This document shows positions 6,824-16,002 of a stretch of 24,254 bases of DNA, piece after piece (the stretch's first letter is position 1; each line of letters starts with the position of its first letter). The translations under genes were made by a program, and so were the position numbers. The notes under the pieces were generated by a model. It did no database searches and was not told where the DNA came from. It saw only the letters and a program-made list of their open reading frames with translations. The DNA is from an uncultured archaeon. Lineage in GTDB: Archaea; Asgardarchaeota; Lokiarchaeia; Sigyniarchaeales; SOKP01. The stretch lies in NCBI GenBank assembly GCA_964447495.1, contig CAYUTF010000027.1, positions 1 through 24,254 of the forward strand, in the 5' to 3' direction.

Positions 6824-8548
6824 TTAAGTTGCGATCTTCTTTATTTTATCTTCTAATTCTCTGTTTAAATCAATATTTTTAACATCTTTCGCCATAATCT
6901 CATAAGATCCACTATAATCACTGAATTTTGCCTTTCCCTTAATATAAATATCTTTACCGACGAGTTCTGAAGAAATTTTTTCTAATAACTTTTCATAATC
7001 TGGAGTTTCTCGAATTTTCATTATTAAATCAGTCTTCATATTTAATAACTTTTCAGCATTATCCCCAATAAAAGTAGTTCTAATAGTACCACTCTCATCA
7101 TCTATGATTAAATTTATAATCATCCGAAATTCTGTATCTGTTTGTTCACTACAAATACAATTATCAATTTTTTTAAAACATTTAGAACAAGCTTCATATA
7201 TCGTTATGTTTGATATATCTTTTGCGATAAATCCTTTGATTTCATAAAATCCGGGTGAATTGATTGAAGCTATTTTTGTAAAATTTCTTGAAAAAGATTC
7301 CTCTTTTGCTCTATTATAAGGTTCTAGATTTTTCAAATCAGAAAATGTTAGGTCTGTTTCTTCAAATGAAGAATTTACTGAATAAGTTATTTCTTTCCTA
7401 TTAGAGAACGAGTTGTATTTTATATTACCATTTTTTATAACTATACCCTTTCCAATATTTAACTTTTGAACTAAATCTTCAGCTAAATCTCGCCAAGCAG
7501 TGACTCTTATAGCGTCAGTATCATCACTCACAATAAAACTAAGTAATGATACTTGATCACCCGAATTTAAAGTAATTTTTTTTAAATTGTCAATTGAAGA
7601 TATAACACCTTTAAATGAAACTAGGTCTTCTTTTTCTTGAAGATTCTTGATACTATCAACAATTTCTATCTTAAAAGTTAATTTTTTGTTAAATTTTTCT
7701 GTTTGAGTATAATCATTTGCATTTAGCTCAATTGTATTAGGGCGATAACTACTCTCACGAGGTCGTACGTTTTTTATAGATATAAAATCTCCAATTTCAT
7801 AATTTTTTACTTTTTCAACGCTATCATTCCAAAAATTAACTCTTACCGTACCAGAATTATCTCTTAAAATTAAACTACAAATCTTACCAGAATCCCCATT
7901 TTTTTTACTAAATTCTTTTATTGGAAATTTATTCATAATCATTCCTTCGATTGATACAGAAAACGAATCTTGGCTAACATCTTTTATCAAAAGGGTCTTT
8001 TCTTTGATTTTAGGATATTTTTTGTAATCAATATCTTCAGGAGCAATCACTATTTTTCCTAATCGTCCTAAATGAATTTCAATATCCCCATTTCTACCTT
8101 CTTTAGGGTATCCATTAATGATTTTCACTATTTCTCCTTTTATAAAATTACTATCTTGAAAAATAGCTACATCATCATCCCATAATACTACACGAATATC
8201 ACCTGAATCATCACATAATAAAAAAGATCCAACATATCCTTTACTACCCTCTTTTTTATCAAATTCATAAATTCTAAGTATCTCCTTAATTCTTCCTACT
8301 AGTGTAATATTTTTCATTTCCTTTCTTACATCGGAAATATTTATTTCCAAGTCTCTAATGAGTTCTTTACTTTCAGTTTTGACATCAACTCCAAGTTCTC
8401 GTGCAATAATGAATAATGCGCCTTCATCAGAAATTAACCCCTTCAATTCTTCTTTCTTCTCTTTTACTAAATCTTGAATCTCTTTTCGATTTAATCCTGT
8501 TTCTTCTATTATCTTCGTAATATACGATTCAGTTTTTGTTTCATTCAT
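6824..8548 (-). CDS. rpa: Replication protein A (ssDNA-binding, about four OB folds and a C-terminal Zn finger)
   Basis: Repeated OB motifs (DDSGDIRVVLWD, DNSGTVRVNFWN, DDTDAIRVTAW, DDESGTIRTTF), YEACSKC...CIC Zn motif, and the N-terminal helical GLISDEGALFIIARELGV segment of archaeal RPAs. Confidence 0.9.
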   Translation of the reverse strand: MNETKTESYITKIIEETGLNRKEIQDLVKEKKEELKGLISDEGALFIIARELGVDVKTESKELIRDLEINISDVRKEMKNITLVGRIKEILRIYEFDKKEGSKGYVGSFLLCDDSGDIRVVLWDDDVAIFQDSNFIKGEIVKIINGYPKEGRNGDIEIHLGRLGKIVIAPEDIDYKKYPKIKEKTLLIKDVSQDSFSVSIEGMIMNKFPIKEFSKKNGDSGKICSLILRDNSGTVRVNFWNDSVEKVKNYEIGDFISIKNVRPRESSYRPNTIELNANDYTQTEKFNKKLTFKIEIVDSIKNLQEKEDLVSFKGVISSIDNLKKITLNSGDQVSLLSFIVSDDTDAIRVTAWRDLAEDLVQKLNIGKGIVIKNGNIKYNSFSNRKEITYSVNSSFEETDLTFSDLKNLEPYNRAKEESFSRNFTKIASINSPGFYEIKGFIAKDISNITIYEACSKCFKKIDNCICSEQTDTEFRMIINLIIDDESGTIRTTFIGDNAEKLLNMKTDLIMKIRETPDYEKLLEKISSELVGKDIYIKGKAKFSDYSGSYEIMAKDVKNIDLNRELEDKIKKIAT

Positions 8549-8714
8549 TTTATCTTATATTCCTTTCATTATTTAAGGAATTAATTAGAAGATATAATTT
8601 AAAAATAAAATTATTTAATGATTAATTAGCCATCATATATAAAAGAAAAGAGTACTTCATATTGTTAATTTCTTGATTAAATTATAAAATCACTATTTGC
8701 TTTATGTCGACGTA

Positions 8715-9449
8715 ATGAAAAATTTTAAAATTATTCCTGTAATTGATATACTAAATTCTAAAGCAGTTCATGCTGTTAAAGGAGAAAGAAATAATTATAA
8801 ACCTTTAAAATCTTATTTATTCGATTCTGATGACCCTATAGATATAATAAATATTCTTCACCAAAAATATAAATTTTCATATTTCTATATCGCAGATTTA
8901 GATGCTATTATGAAACAGGACCCTAATTTAGACTTTTTAATTAAAATTTCCAAAATTTCTTCTATTAAAGCTATGATTGACCCAGGAATCTCGCTATATA
9001 ATGATATATTAAAATATGTAAATTATAATATTGAATACATCATAGTAGGATTAGAAACAATTAGTAGTATTGAAATATTAAGCAATATCTTAAATTTTTC
9101 AACACAAAATAAAATTATTTTAAGTATAGATATGTATAAAGAAAAGTTGTTAACAAATATTGATTTGTTCAAAAATCAAAATCCCTTAAAGATAATAAAA
9201 ATAATTCAAGACCTTGGCATAAATCAAATCATACTACTTGATCTGTACAAGGTTGGACAAAAATTAGGCGGAATTTCTCCCCTTTACTTAGATATTAGAG
9301 AAATCTTTAATGGAGACATTTATGTTGGGGGCGGAATTAAAGATTTTGAAGATATTGATAACTTTTATAACAATAAATTCTCAGGAGTTTTATTAGGAAC
9401 CGCTTTATACGATGGTTCAATAAATATTCAGAAATTAGTAAATTTTTAA
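8715..9449 (+). CDS. HisA/HisF-related TIM-barrel protein (family associated with methanopterin/methanofuran C1 metabolism)
   Basis: IIPVIDILNSKAVHAVKGERNNYKP, YIADLDAI, LLDLYKVG and VGGGI motifs; ATG 8715 preferred over TTG 8697. Confidence 0.8.
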   Translation: MKNFKIIPVIDILNSKAVHAVKGERNNYKPLKSYLFDSDDPIDIINILHQKYKFSYFYIADLDAIMKQDPNLDFLIKISKISSIKAMIDPGISLYNDILKYVNYNIEYIIVGLETISSIEILSNILNFSTQNKIILSIDMYKEKLLTNIDLFKNQNPLKIIKIIQDLGINQIILLDLYKVGQKLGGISPLYLDIREIFNGDIYVGGGIKDFEDIDNFYNNKFSGVLLGTALYDGSINIQKLVNF

Positions 9450-9453
9450 TGAT

Positions 9454-9984
9454 TTAATCTATAAATATAACTCCTGTACTCGATACGTTTAAAGATTTTT
9501 TGCAAACTGGGCAGGAATGCTTCATTCTAACCCAATCGATCATATGCTCCTTATGTGCTCTTGATTGGCACAATGGACACCCAATTACGTCATCAAATAT
9601 CTCGATATTTTTTCCACACACTGCACATTTAGTTTTTGATGCAGTAGATACCTTAACGGTTTCCTTTTTAATATCTAATATTACTTTTTCCGTATTTTCT
9701 GCTGTTGGATTAATTTGTTTTAATTCGCTTTTGTTATCTACACAAAAAACAGTTCCTTCACTCTCATCCTTTTTATTTCCTATCCAGACAATTTTACCTT
9801 TAAAATAAGTAGCTCCTTCATTTTCTAATGATAAATTTAACCTCCGATCTTCCATAACAAAAGTTTGAATGACTTTAGTATACTTAATGTCTTCTAAATT
9901 AGACGAAATTTGCTTTAAAACTTCGATAGGTTCCTTAAAAACAGCATTTGTGATATCTACTTTAGTAAGCTCTTTTGGTGACAT
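9454..9984 (-). CDS. Protein with a C-terminal RING-like zinc finger (candidate E3 ligase)
   Basis: CAVC-x12-CPLC-x4-H-x2-H-x3-W-x6-CPVC; has the RING-typical I before the first loop turn, W and CPxC. Confidence 0.75.
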   Translation of the reverse strand: MSPKELTKVDITNAVFKEPIEVLKQISSNLEDIKYTKVIQTFVMEDRRLNLSLENEGATYFKGKIVWIGNKKDESEGTVFCVDNKSELKQINPTAENTEKVILDIKKETVKVSTASKTKCAVCGKNIEIFDDVIGCPLCQSRAHKEHMIDWVRMKHSCPVCKKSLNVSSTGVIFID

Positions 9985-10146
9985 AATAAAATCATAATTT
10001 TTTTGATATTTAATAATAATTATTTAATTTAAATCTTTATATACCAATCTTCTATTAACATTTTTTTCATTTTTTAAAGCAAGAGTATAATTCAAAAAGA
10101 ATTAAAAAAACGTATAAATAAGATATTAGAAAAATTATAAATTATA

Positions 10147-10662
10147 ATGGCATTTAGTAATGAAAAGTCTAAAATTTCAATTAAAACAGGGAACAAAGAA
10201 GATTTAATGGAATTACAGTTATGTGCTAACGAATTTATAGACTTTATTGATGATTTTGAAATAAATTTACAAAATGAAAAGTATTTTATACTTACTGCAT
10301 ATTATATCAATAATTTATCAGGAATACTATTAGCAGAAAATCAAATTTCTAAAATAGATGAATTAGAAATGCTTATTCCAAAAATTCAACTAATATTTTT
10401 ATTTGTCAATCCTTCATATCGCAATAATTCAATAGCTAACCAGCTTTTAAATACCTTCATTAAAATTCAAAAAAAAAGACAAATCGCCAGTATATTTATT
10501 AAATTGCCTCAAAAATATAAAAAGGGTATTAAATTTTTAGAAAAATACGGCTTTCTCCAAATTATAACTTCTAATAATGAAGTTATTTTAGAAAGAAACC
10601 TATGGTATGATTTTGGCTTAAGTTTCTGTGATTTTATTGAAAATGGGATATATGAAATGTAA
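10147..10662 (+). CDS. GNAT-family N-acetyltransferase
   Basis: LFVNPSYRNNSIANQLL (motif A, degenerate R-x-x-G-x-A) and IKFLEKYGF (motif B). Confidence 0.8.
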   Translation: MAFSNEKSKISIKTGNKEDLMELQLCANEFIDFIDDFEINLQNEKYFILTAYYINNLSGILLAENQISKIDELEMLIPKIQLIFLFVNPSYRNNSIANQLLNTFIKIQKKRQIASIFIKLPQKYKKGIKFLEKYGFLQIITSNNEVILERNLWYDFGLSFCDFIENGIYEM

Positions 10663-10754
10663 AATCGAAATGAATAATTAATAATAGGTTGTCTACTTAA
10701 AAACAAACAAAAATTATGAAAAACTTATTTTAGGAACAAAAATGATATAAAAAC

Positions 10755-11576
10755 ATGAATAAAAAGGATTTAGGTATTATAGGAGTAGGAAAAATTGGTT
10801 CAACCCTTTTAAAAAGAATAATATCAACTAACACTATTAATAAAGATAATATCCTCATTTATGACATAAATTCAAAAAAATTAGATGAGATTTCAAAAGA
10901 ATATGGTGTTCAATCAGCAAAAAATAATGCGGAATTAGTAGAATCATCGAAATTTATTCTTATTGCAGTTATTCCACAAGTAATTGATACCGTCTTAAAA
11001 GAAGTGGGAAGTCTAGTAAATGAAAATCAAATACTAATATCTATTGCTGCTGGCGTATCCATTAATCATATTCATAATTTTTTTGGAGAGAAAGTAGGAA
11101 TTATTAGAGTTATGACTAATATTCCCGCTCTAGTAGGAGCTGCTGCTACTGGTCTTAGTTTTAACAATTATGTTGGCAGAAATGAATTAGAATATGTTAA
11201 AAACATATTTAAAGCTGTTGGTATTGTAGTAGAGCTAGAAGAAAAACATCTAGACGCGGTAACAGGATTATCGGGCAGTGGTCCTGCTTACATTTTTATA
11301 ATAATTGAGGCTCTTGCCGATGGGGGTGTAAAAATGGGTTTACCAAGAGACATTTCTCAACGATTGGCTGCTCAAACTGTCTTAGGAGCAGCAAAATTGG
11401 TCTTAGAAACATCAAAGCATCCAGGAGAATTAAAAGATATGGTTGCTACACCTGGAGGAACAACAATTACAGCAATTCATGAAATAGAATCAGCTAAACT
11501 GAGAGCTACTCTAATAAGAGCAGTTGAAGCTGCTACTCTTAAGTCGAAATCTCTGAATTCATTGAAAGACGAATAA
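10755..11576 (+). CDS. proC: Pyrroline-5-carboxylate reductase
   Basis: GIIGVGKIG, ISIAAGV, RVMTN, TGLSGSGPAY, HPGELKDMVATPGGTT. Confidence 0.96.
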   Translation: MNKKDLGIIGVGKIGSTLLKRIISTNTINKDNILIYDINSKKLDEISKEYGVQSAKNNAELVESSKFILIAVIPQVIDTVLKEVGSLVNENQILISIAAGVSINHIHNFFGEKVGIIRVMTNIPALVGAAATGLSFNNYVGRNELEYVKNIFKAVGIVVELEEKHLDAVTGLSGSGPAYIFIIIEALADGGVKMGLPRDISQRLAAQTVLGAAKLVLETSKHPGELKDMVATPGGTTITAIHEIESAKLRATLIRAVEAATLKSKSLNSLKDE

Positions 11577-11585
11577 AATATAGAA

Positions 11586-12536
11586 TCATGATTTTTGTAT
11601 TAAAATTTTGTTGTTTTCATTAATTGTTGACCTAAAAATTTTTAGGTCAGGTTCATAAGATTTAAAAACTTCTTCAACATGCTTGAAAGAATACTTATTA
11701 CAAAATGCAAAAACAGAACGCCCTAATTGGTTCATACTTGCTCCTAAAATGTCAATTTTATTCAAATCGTTTAATAATTCTTCAGTTTTGGATAAATTAA
11801 GAATATTCAGAATTTCAGTTTCTAAAACAAAAATATATGAAACTTTAACAAAATTTTGAATATTAGGATTTTTGATTAAATAATTTAGGGCTTTTTTACC
11901 AGCAATTTTTATCTTAAGGTTTAATTGAGGATTGACTAAAATTGATTTAGTTTCAATCTTTCCAAAACTACCACATATTACAATTAAATCATCTGGAACT
12001 TTTATGCGTTTAAAAGTACACGGATATCCTGGTTCTAACAACATACTTAAACCTCCCCCTAATTGACCACAAACGGTACCTAAACCGGTTCTATTGATCA
12101 CTTCTGCAATATGCGCAATTCTTCCTTTCTCAAAAGACGAAAACTTTAAATCAAGTAAATAATCCAATCCATAAGCGCAACCTAATGCACCAGAACCACT
12201 AGCTCCAAAACCACATCCAACAGGTAAGTCAAAATTATGAACAATTTTTATCAATTTTGGGTCTTGATTGTACTTTAAACAATAATTCAATACATAGTTT
12301 GATGTTTCAGCCACCTCATTTAATTCTTCATCATTTATATAAATTTTATATTCAGTTCTGAATTTATCATTAGATTCTTCAATATTTATTTCTGTTGTCC
12401 CAAAACTATTTAAGTTGAAACCTGCTCCTCTTGAACCAATTCTCTCGGGATCTTTAATTTTGACACCTTTAAATTCATCAACAATCTCGAAAAAACCCGA
12501 TATTCTGTGAGGTACTTTTACAATTACCTTCTTCAT
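11586..12536 (-). CDS. pok: Pantoate kinase (GHMP family, archaeal CoA pathway)
   Basis: VPHRISGFF, GSRGAG, LPVGCGFGASGSGAL, AHIAEVINRTGLG, ASMNQLG. Confidence 0.88.
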   Translation of the reverse strand: MKKVIVKVPHRISGFFEIVDEFKGVKIKDPERIGSRGAGFNLNSFGTTEINIEESNDKFRTEYKIYINDEELNEVAETSNYVLNYCLKYNQDPKLIKIVHNFDLPVGCGFGASGSGALGCAYGLDYLLDLKFSSFEKGRIAHIAEVINRTGLGTVCGQLGGGLSMLLEPGYPCTFKRIKVPDDLIVICGSFGKIETKSILVNPQLNLKIKIAGKKALNYLIKNPNIQNFVKVSYIFVLETEILNILNLSKTEELLNDLNKIDILGASMNQLGRSVFAFCNKYSFKHVEEVFKSYEPDLKIFRSTINENNKILIQKS

Positions 12537-12619
12537 TTTTATAGAAATGTCTTAAGTAACTTAATTTATCCTATTAACTATATTATATTAAATAATAAGT
12601 AATTTCAAATTTGATTATT

Positions 12620-13324
12620 ATGAAAAATATTGTTATTAAAGTTGGTGGGTCTTTATTATTTAACAAGGAAAACAAAATTAATCATGAGTTTATTTCCCAG
12701 TTTTGCAATATTATTCAAGAAGGAAAAAATTTCCAGCAGGTTATAATTGTTTGTGGCGGAGGTTCACTAGCACGTGAGTTTATTAAATTTCTTAGAAAAA
12801 TTAATACAAATGAGGCATTATGTGATATAATTGGCATTGATATTTCACGTATAAATTCCAAAATGATTATGGCCTGCTTAAAAGATAAAGCATATCCAAA
12901 AATTCCAAAGAACCTTGAAGAATTATCTCTTGGACTACAATTTAATAAAATAATTACAATGGGTGGTATTCAACCAGGACAATCAACTACTACAGTAGCA
13001 ATGGAAATTGCAGAATATATTGAAGCTGATAGGTTATTAATTCTTACAGACGTCCAGGGTATTTTTGATAAAGATCCTGATAAATATGATAACGCGAAAC
13101 TGATTAAAAGAATAACATGTGATGAATTGTATGCATTATTAATGAAAGAATCAAATTCTATGCAAGCAGCAGCAGGAGAATATAGAATTTTTGATATGGT
13201 TTCTTTACAAATAATAAGAAGAAGTAAAATGAAAGTTTATATTACATCTGGAAAGAACTTAAATGAATTTAGAAAGTTTTGGTTAGAAAATAAAGAGATA
13301 AATGGGACATTAATTTCAAATTGA
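12620..13324 (+). CDS. pyrH: UMP kinase (archaeal type)
   Basis: IVIKVGGS, VCGGG, MGGIQPGQST, TDVQGIFDKDP; ATG 12620 preferred over TTG 12611. Confidence 0.9.
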   Translation: MKNIVIKVGGSLLFNKENKINHEFISQFCNIIQEGKNFQQVIIVCGGGSLAREFIKFLRKINTNEALCDIIGIDISRINSKMIMACLKDKAYPKIPKNLEELSLGLQFNKIITMGGIQPGQSTTTVAMEIAEYIEADRLLILTDVQGIFDKDPDKYDNAKLIKRITCDELYALLMKESNSMQAAAGEYRIFDMVSLQIIRRSKMKVYITSGKNLNEFRKFWLENKEINGTLISN

Positions 13325-13407
13325 AAAATATTATAATAAATTATATTAAACTTCAAGAGTTTATTATCACATATTTAGTTTAAATTAATAAAAATTCATT
13401 CTTAATA

Positions 13408-13644
13408 ATGTCCCAATCTTCATGGAAAGATCAAATTAAAAAAAAATGGGGTCCTCATAGTCATTGTCCAATCTGTGGAAAAGCTATGCCTGCGGATAAA
13501 CAGTTTTGTAGTCAATCTTGTAGAGATAATTATGTTACAAAAGAAAGAAAACAGAAAAGAAAAGGAAGATATCAGATGATTTTCCTTTTTGGAATGATGG
13601 CTGTAATGTTTATATTTTTATTCTTATTCAATCCTGGTGGATAA
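13408..13644 (+). CDS. DUF2116-like Zn-ribbon protein with a C-terminal transmembrane helix
   Basis: PHSHCPICGKAMPADKQFCSQSC followed by a basic stretch and a hydrophobic helix. Confidence 0.8.
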   Translation: MSQSSWKDQIKKKWGPHSHCPICGKAMPADKQFCSQSCRDNYVTKERKQKRKGRYQMIFLFGMMAVMFIFLFLFNPGG

Positions 13645-13756
13645 GAGAATAGCTTTGAAATAGTACTCTTTTATATTATTGGATTTACTCAAATTTTAGC
13701 TATTATAAGCATTTGATATATTTTATTATTATAAATGACATATAAATAAAAAATAA

Positions 13757-13859
13757 TGCAGAGAGTGGGATTTGAACCCACGTAGGGCCTATGCCAATGG
13801 ATCTTGAGTCCATCACCGTTGGTCGTGTATTCACATTGACCTGGCTTGGTTATCTCTGC
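13757..13859 (-). tRNA. trnL: tRNA-Leu(CAA) with a 17-nt D-loop intron (13835-13819, position 21/22)
   Basis: Acceptor GCAGAGA/TCTCTGC; anticodon arm ATGGA-CT CAA GA-TCCAT (CAA 13806-13804); long variable arm; T arm GTGGG TTCAAAT CCCAC. Splice motif: helix GGTC/GACC, bulges AA|T and AA|C, inner stem GTG/CAC. Confidence 0.95.
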
Positions 13860-13927
13860 ATTAATATTATTATTTATTATTTATCAATTAAGATAAAGAA
13901 TTAAAATTTTCTTTTCTAATTAAATGA

Positions 13928-14290
13928 TTACTTATCTATGTTTATCTCATTTAATATATCATTTAAGAATATTATTAAAGATTTTAAAAAACTCTCTTCA
14001 GAATATCTAGATCTTAAGAAGAATAACAATAAAACCGGGGCTTTAAGGTATGAAGCAGCTCTTTCCACGATTATTTTATTGATAATATTATTCCCTAATC
14101 CAAATAATTCAAAGGATGCAACAGATGCTTTAATTCCAGCAATTGTTGGTGGATTTCCTAATAGTACATTTCCAATACCCATTTCTTCATGATCAGAGAT
14201 CATCATAAGATAACTTTTATGCAATTTTAAAATTTTAAAATAAATGTTTATACCGTTAATTTCTCTATCTTTTTCTATTATTATTTTCAA
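13928..14290 (-). CDS. Proteasome assembly chaperone PAC4 (PAC3/4 fold)-like protein
   Basis: YFKILKLHKSYLMMIS...GIGNVLLG...LFG...IVERAASYLKAPVLL resembles the PAC4 pattern; TTG start. Confidence 0.55.
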   Translation of the reverse strand: MKIIIEKDREINGINIYFKILKLHKSYLMMISDHEEMGIGNVLLGNPPTIAGIKASVASFELFGLGNNIINKIIVERAASYLKAPVLLLFFLRSRYSEESFLKSLIIFLNDILNEINIDK

Positions 14291-14442
14291 AATTCATCAA
14301 AAATTCTATTATTTAGTTACTTCTCGTAAATTTTACATGCTTATAGGCAATTTATTTTTATTTTTAAATGTACTTAAATAATTATTAATTAATTTAAACT
14401 TATATTTTAAAATTCCCTCAAAATTCCTGTATTTCGAAATTT

Positions 14443-14676
14443 ATGTCTCATAAGGATAAAAAAGATCATCAAAATCTTGGAAAATTTGAATCCAAGTGTT
14501 ACAATTGTAATACAACTATTATAAACCGTAAACAAAAGTATTGTTATAATTGCAAAGCGATTTTAAATCCAAATGATTTAAAATGGAAAAATAGTTTTCT
14601 TCTTTTTATTTGTTTTTTATGTTTGACTCCTATACTCCTATCTCTCTTATTAGTTTATCTATCGATGATCATTTAG
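14443..14676 (+). CDS. Small Zn-ribbon membrane protein
   Basis: CYNC...CYNC followed by a C-terminal hydrophobic helix. Confidence 0.65.
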   Translation: MSHKDKKDHQNLGKFESKCYNCNTTIINRKQKYCYNCKAILNPNDLKWKNSFLLFICFLCLTPILLSLLLVYLSMII

Positions 14677-14712
14677 ATTAAAAAATATTTATATAAAAGG
14701 TATAAAATAAAA

Positions 14713-15216
14713 TCATTCTTTATCTGAAATCACAACATCAGATATTCTTTGTCTTCGTATATCATAATCTTTGTCTAAATAAAGAGTTATGCAATGTAAA
14801 TCTTTTGCATCTGGATTATTATGTACAAAACTCACAGGAACCACCGGAATTTTCGATTTAATTATAAATTTTTTTGGTATCGGAACTGCTATGACTTCAT
14901 TACATCTTTCGCAGTTAACTAATACTACTTTTGTTGATTTATTTTCTAATTTCTTAACTTCTTGCAAGATCCTAGTAGATAATCCAGGAGATTTCAGTGT
15001 AATTTTACTTTTTTTTGGAGGTTCGGGAATTGCTGGAATATCTAAATTATTAATCTCATCAGAATGGTATTTTTTTTCACTCTCATTTATTTCCCCCTTT
15101 TTTTGAGTTTTCTGATTTATAGATGACTCTTTAAGAGATAGATCTGACGCTTCCTTATTCTTTAAACCATTTCGATTTTTTTCTCGATTATTATTTGAAT
15201 TTTCCAGAAGGATCAC
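14713..15216 (-). CDS. Hypothetical protein: disordered N-terminus and a putative Cys2/His2 metal-binding C-terminal domain
   Basis: N/K/E/S-rich N-half with IPAIPEPP; C-half VNCERC...PVSFVH...LHCITLYLDKDYDIRRQ; start uncertain (GTG 15216 or CTG 15207). Confidence 0.7.
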   Translation of the reverse strand: MILLENSNNNREKNRNGLKNKEASDLSLKESSINQKTQKKGEINESEKKYHSDEINNLDIPAIPEPPKKSKITLKSPGLSTRILQEVKKLENKSTKVVLVNCERCNEVIAVPIPKKFIIKSKIPVVPVSFVHNNPDAKDLHCITLYLDKDYDIRRQRISDVVISDKE

Positions 15217-15292
15217 ATAAAAATGAAATTTGCAGTTATAATATTATAATATCTTAAAATTATTTATTAATTACCAATAGAAAGTAGATTTA

Positions 15293-15898
15293 TTATACAC
15301 CAAAAATTTGTCTTAGTTCTGTATAAATTTTGGATAGCTGAGATATTATCTGAGCATTGTTCTGTTGAAGATAATAATTAATGTAGCCTGATAAACCCTC
15401 ATTATCTTTAATCCAATCTAAAAATGATTGGATTTCTTCTTTGAGCTGTGGGTCAATATTGACACCTGCAGATGAAGTTCCTACTCCCATAGATTTACCT
15501 AATTGAGATTTATCATCTAAATAAGGATTTTTAGTGCTTAACTCAGACACTGCTCTTGCAGTATCCATAGTTGCTCCCATTGGTTCTCCGTCGGGTTCTA
15601 AATATACGATTATTTTATGTTCCTCATCTTTTGAACCAAGGATGTGACCTTCTCCTCGGATTGAAGTAGCAACTAGCCTTTCTGAAGTACATTGTAGAAT
15701 TGAATATTTAACTCCGGATATCATGATAAATTGGGCATTCATACTATTCCAACTTGAAATCACATTACCAACATCTGCACTAATATCCCAATTATCTGTA
15801 GAATATAAAATATCTTTTCCTTTTATTACTGCAGCAGCGATAATACTAGGATCTTTTTGTATTAACTTATAAATTGCAGACTCAGCGGTAGATGGCAT
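15293..15898 (-). CDS. Lokiarchaeal profilin-family protein with a C-terminal extension
   Basis: AAAVIKGKDILYSTDNWDIS and ISGVKYSILQCTSERLVATSIRGEGHI match the pattern I recall for Loki profilins (TENWNIS...GIKY...EER...GKGH); about 75 extra residues at the C-terminus. Confidence 0.8.
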   Translation of the reverse strand: MPSTAESAIYKLIQKDPSIIAAAVIKGKDILYSTDNWDISADVGNVISSWNSMNAQFIMISGVKYSILQCTSERLVATSIRGEGHILGSKDEEHKIIVYLEPDGEPMGATMDTARAVSELSTKNPYLDDKSQLGKSMGVGTSSAGVNIDPQLKEEIQSFLDWIKDNEGLSGYINYYLQQNNAQIISQLSKIYTELRQIFGV

Positions 15899-16002
15899 TT
15901 TTTAATCCTCAATTTTAATTATTAATTATCTTTCGGGACAATTTAATGATATTATTATATTGGTATAAATATAATTATAAAATTTTTATTAAAAATTTAT
16001 GG

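Noticed and set aside
13645-13716. In-frame hydrophobic continuation after the TAA of the DUF2116-like gene (ENSFEIVLFYIIGFTQILAIISI)
   Set aside because: The upstream protein is already family-sized, and T-rich DNA yields hydrophobic codons by chance
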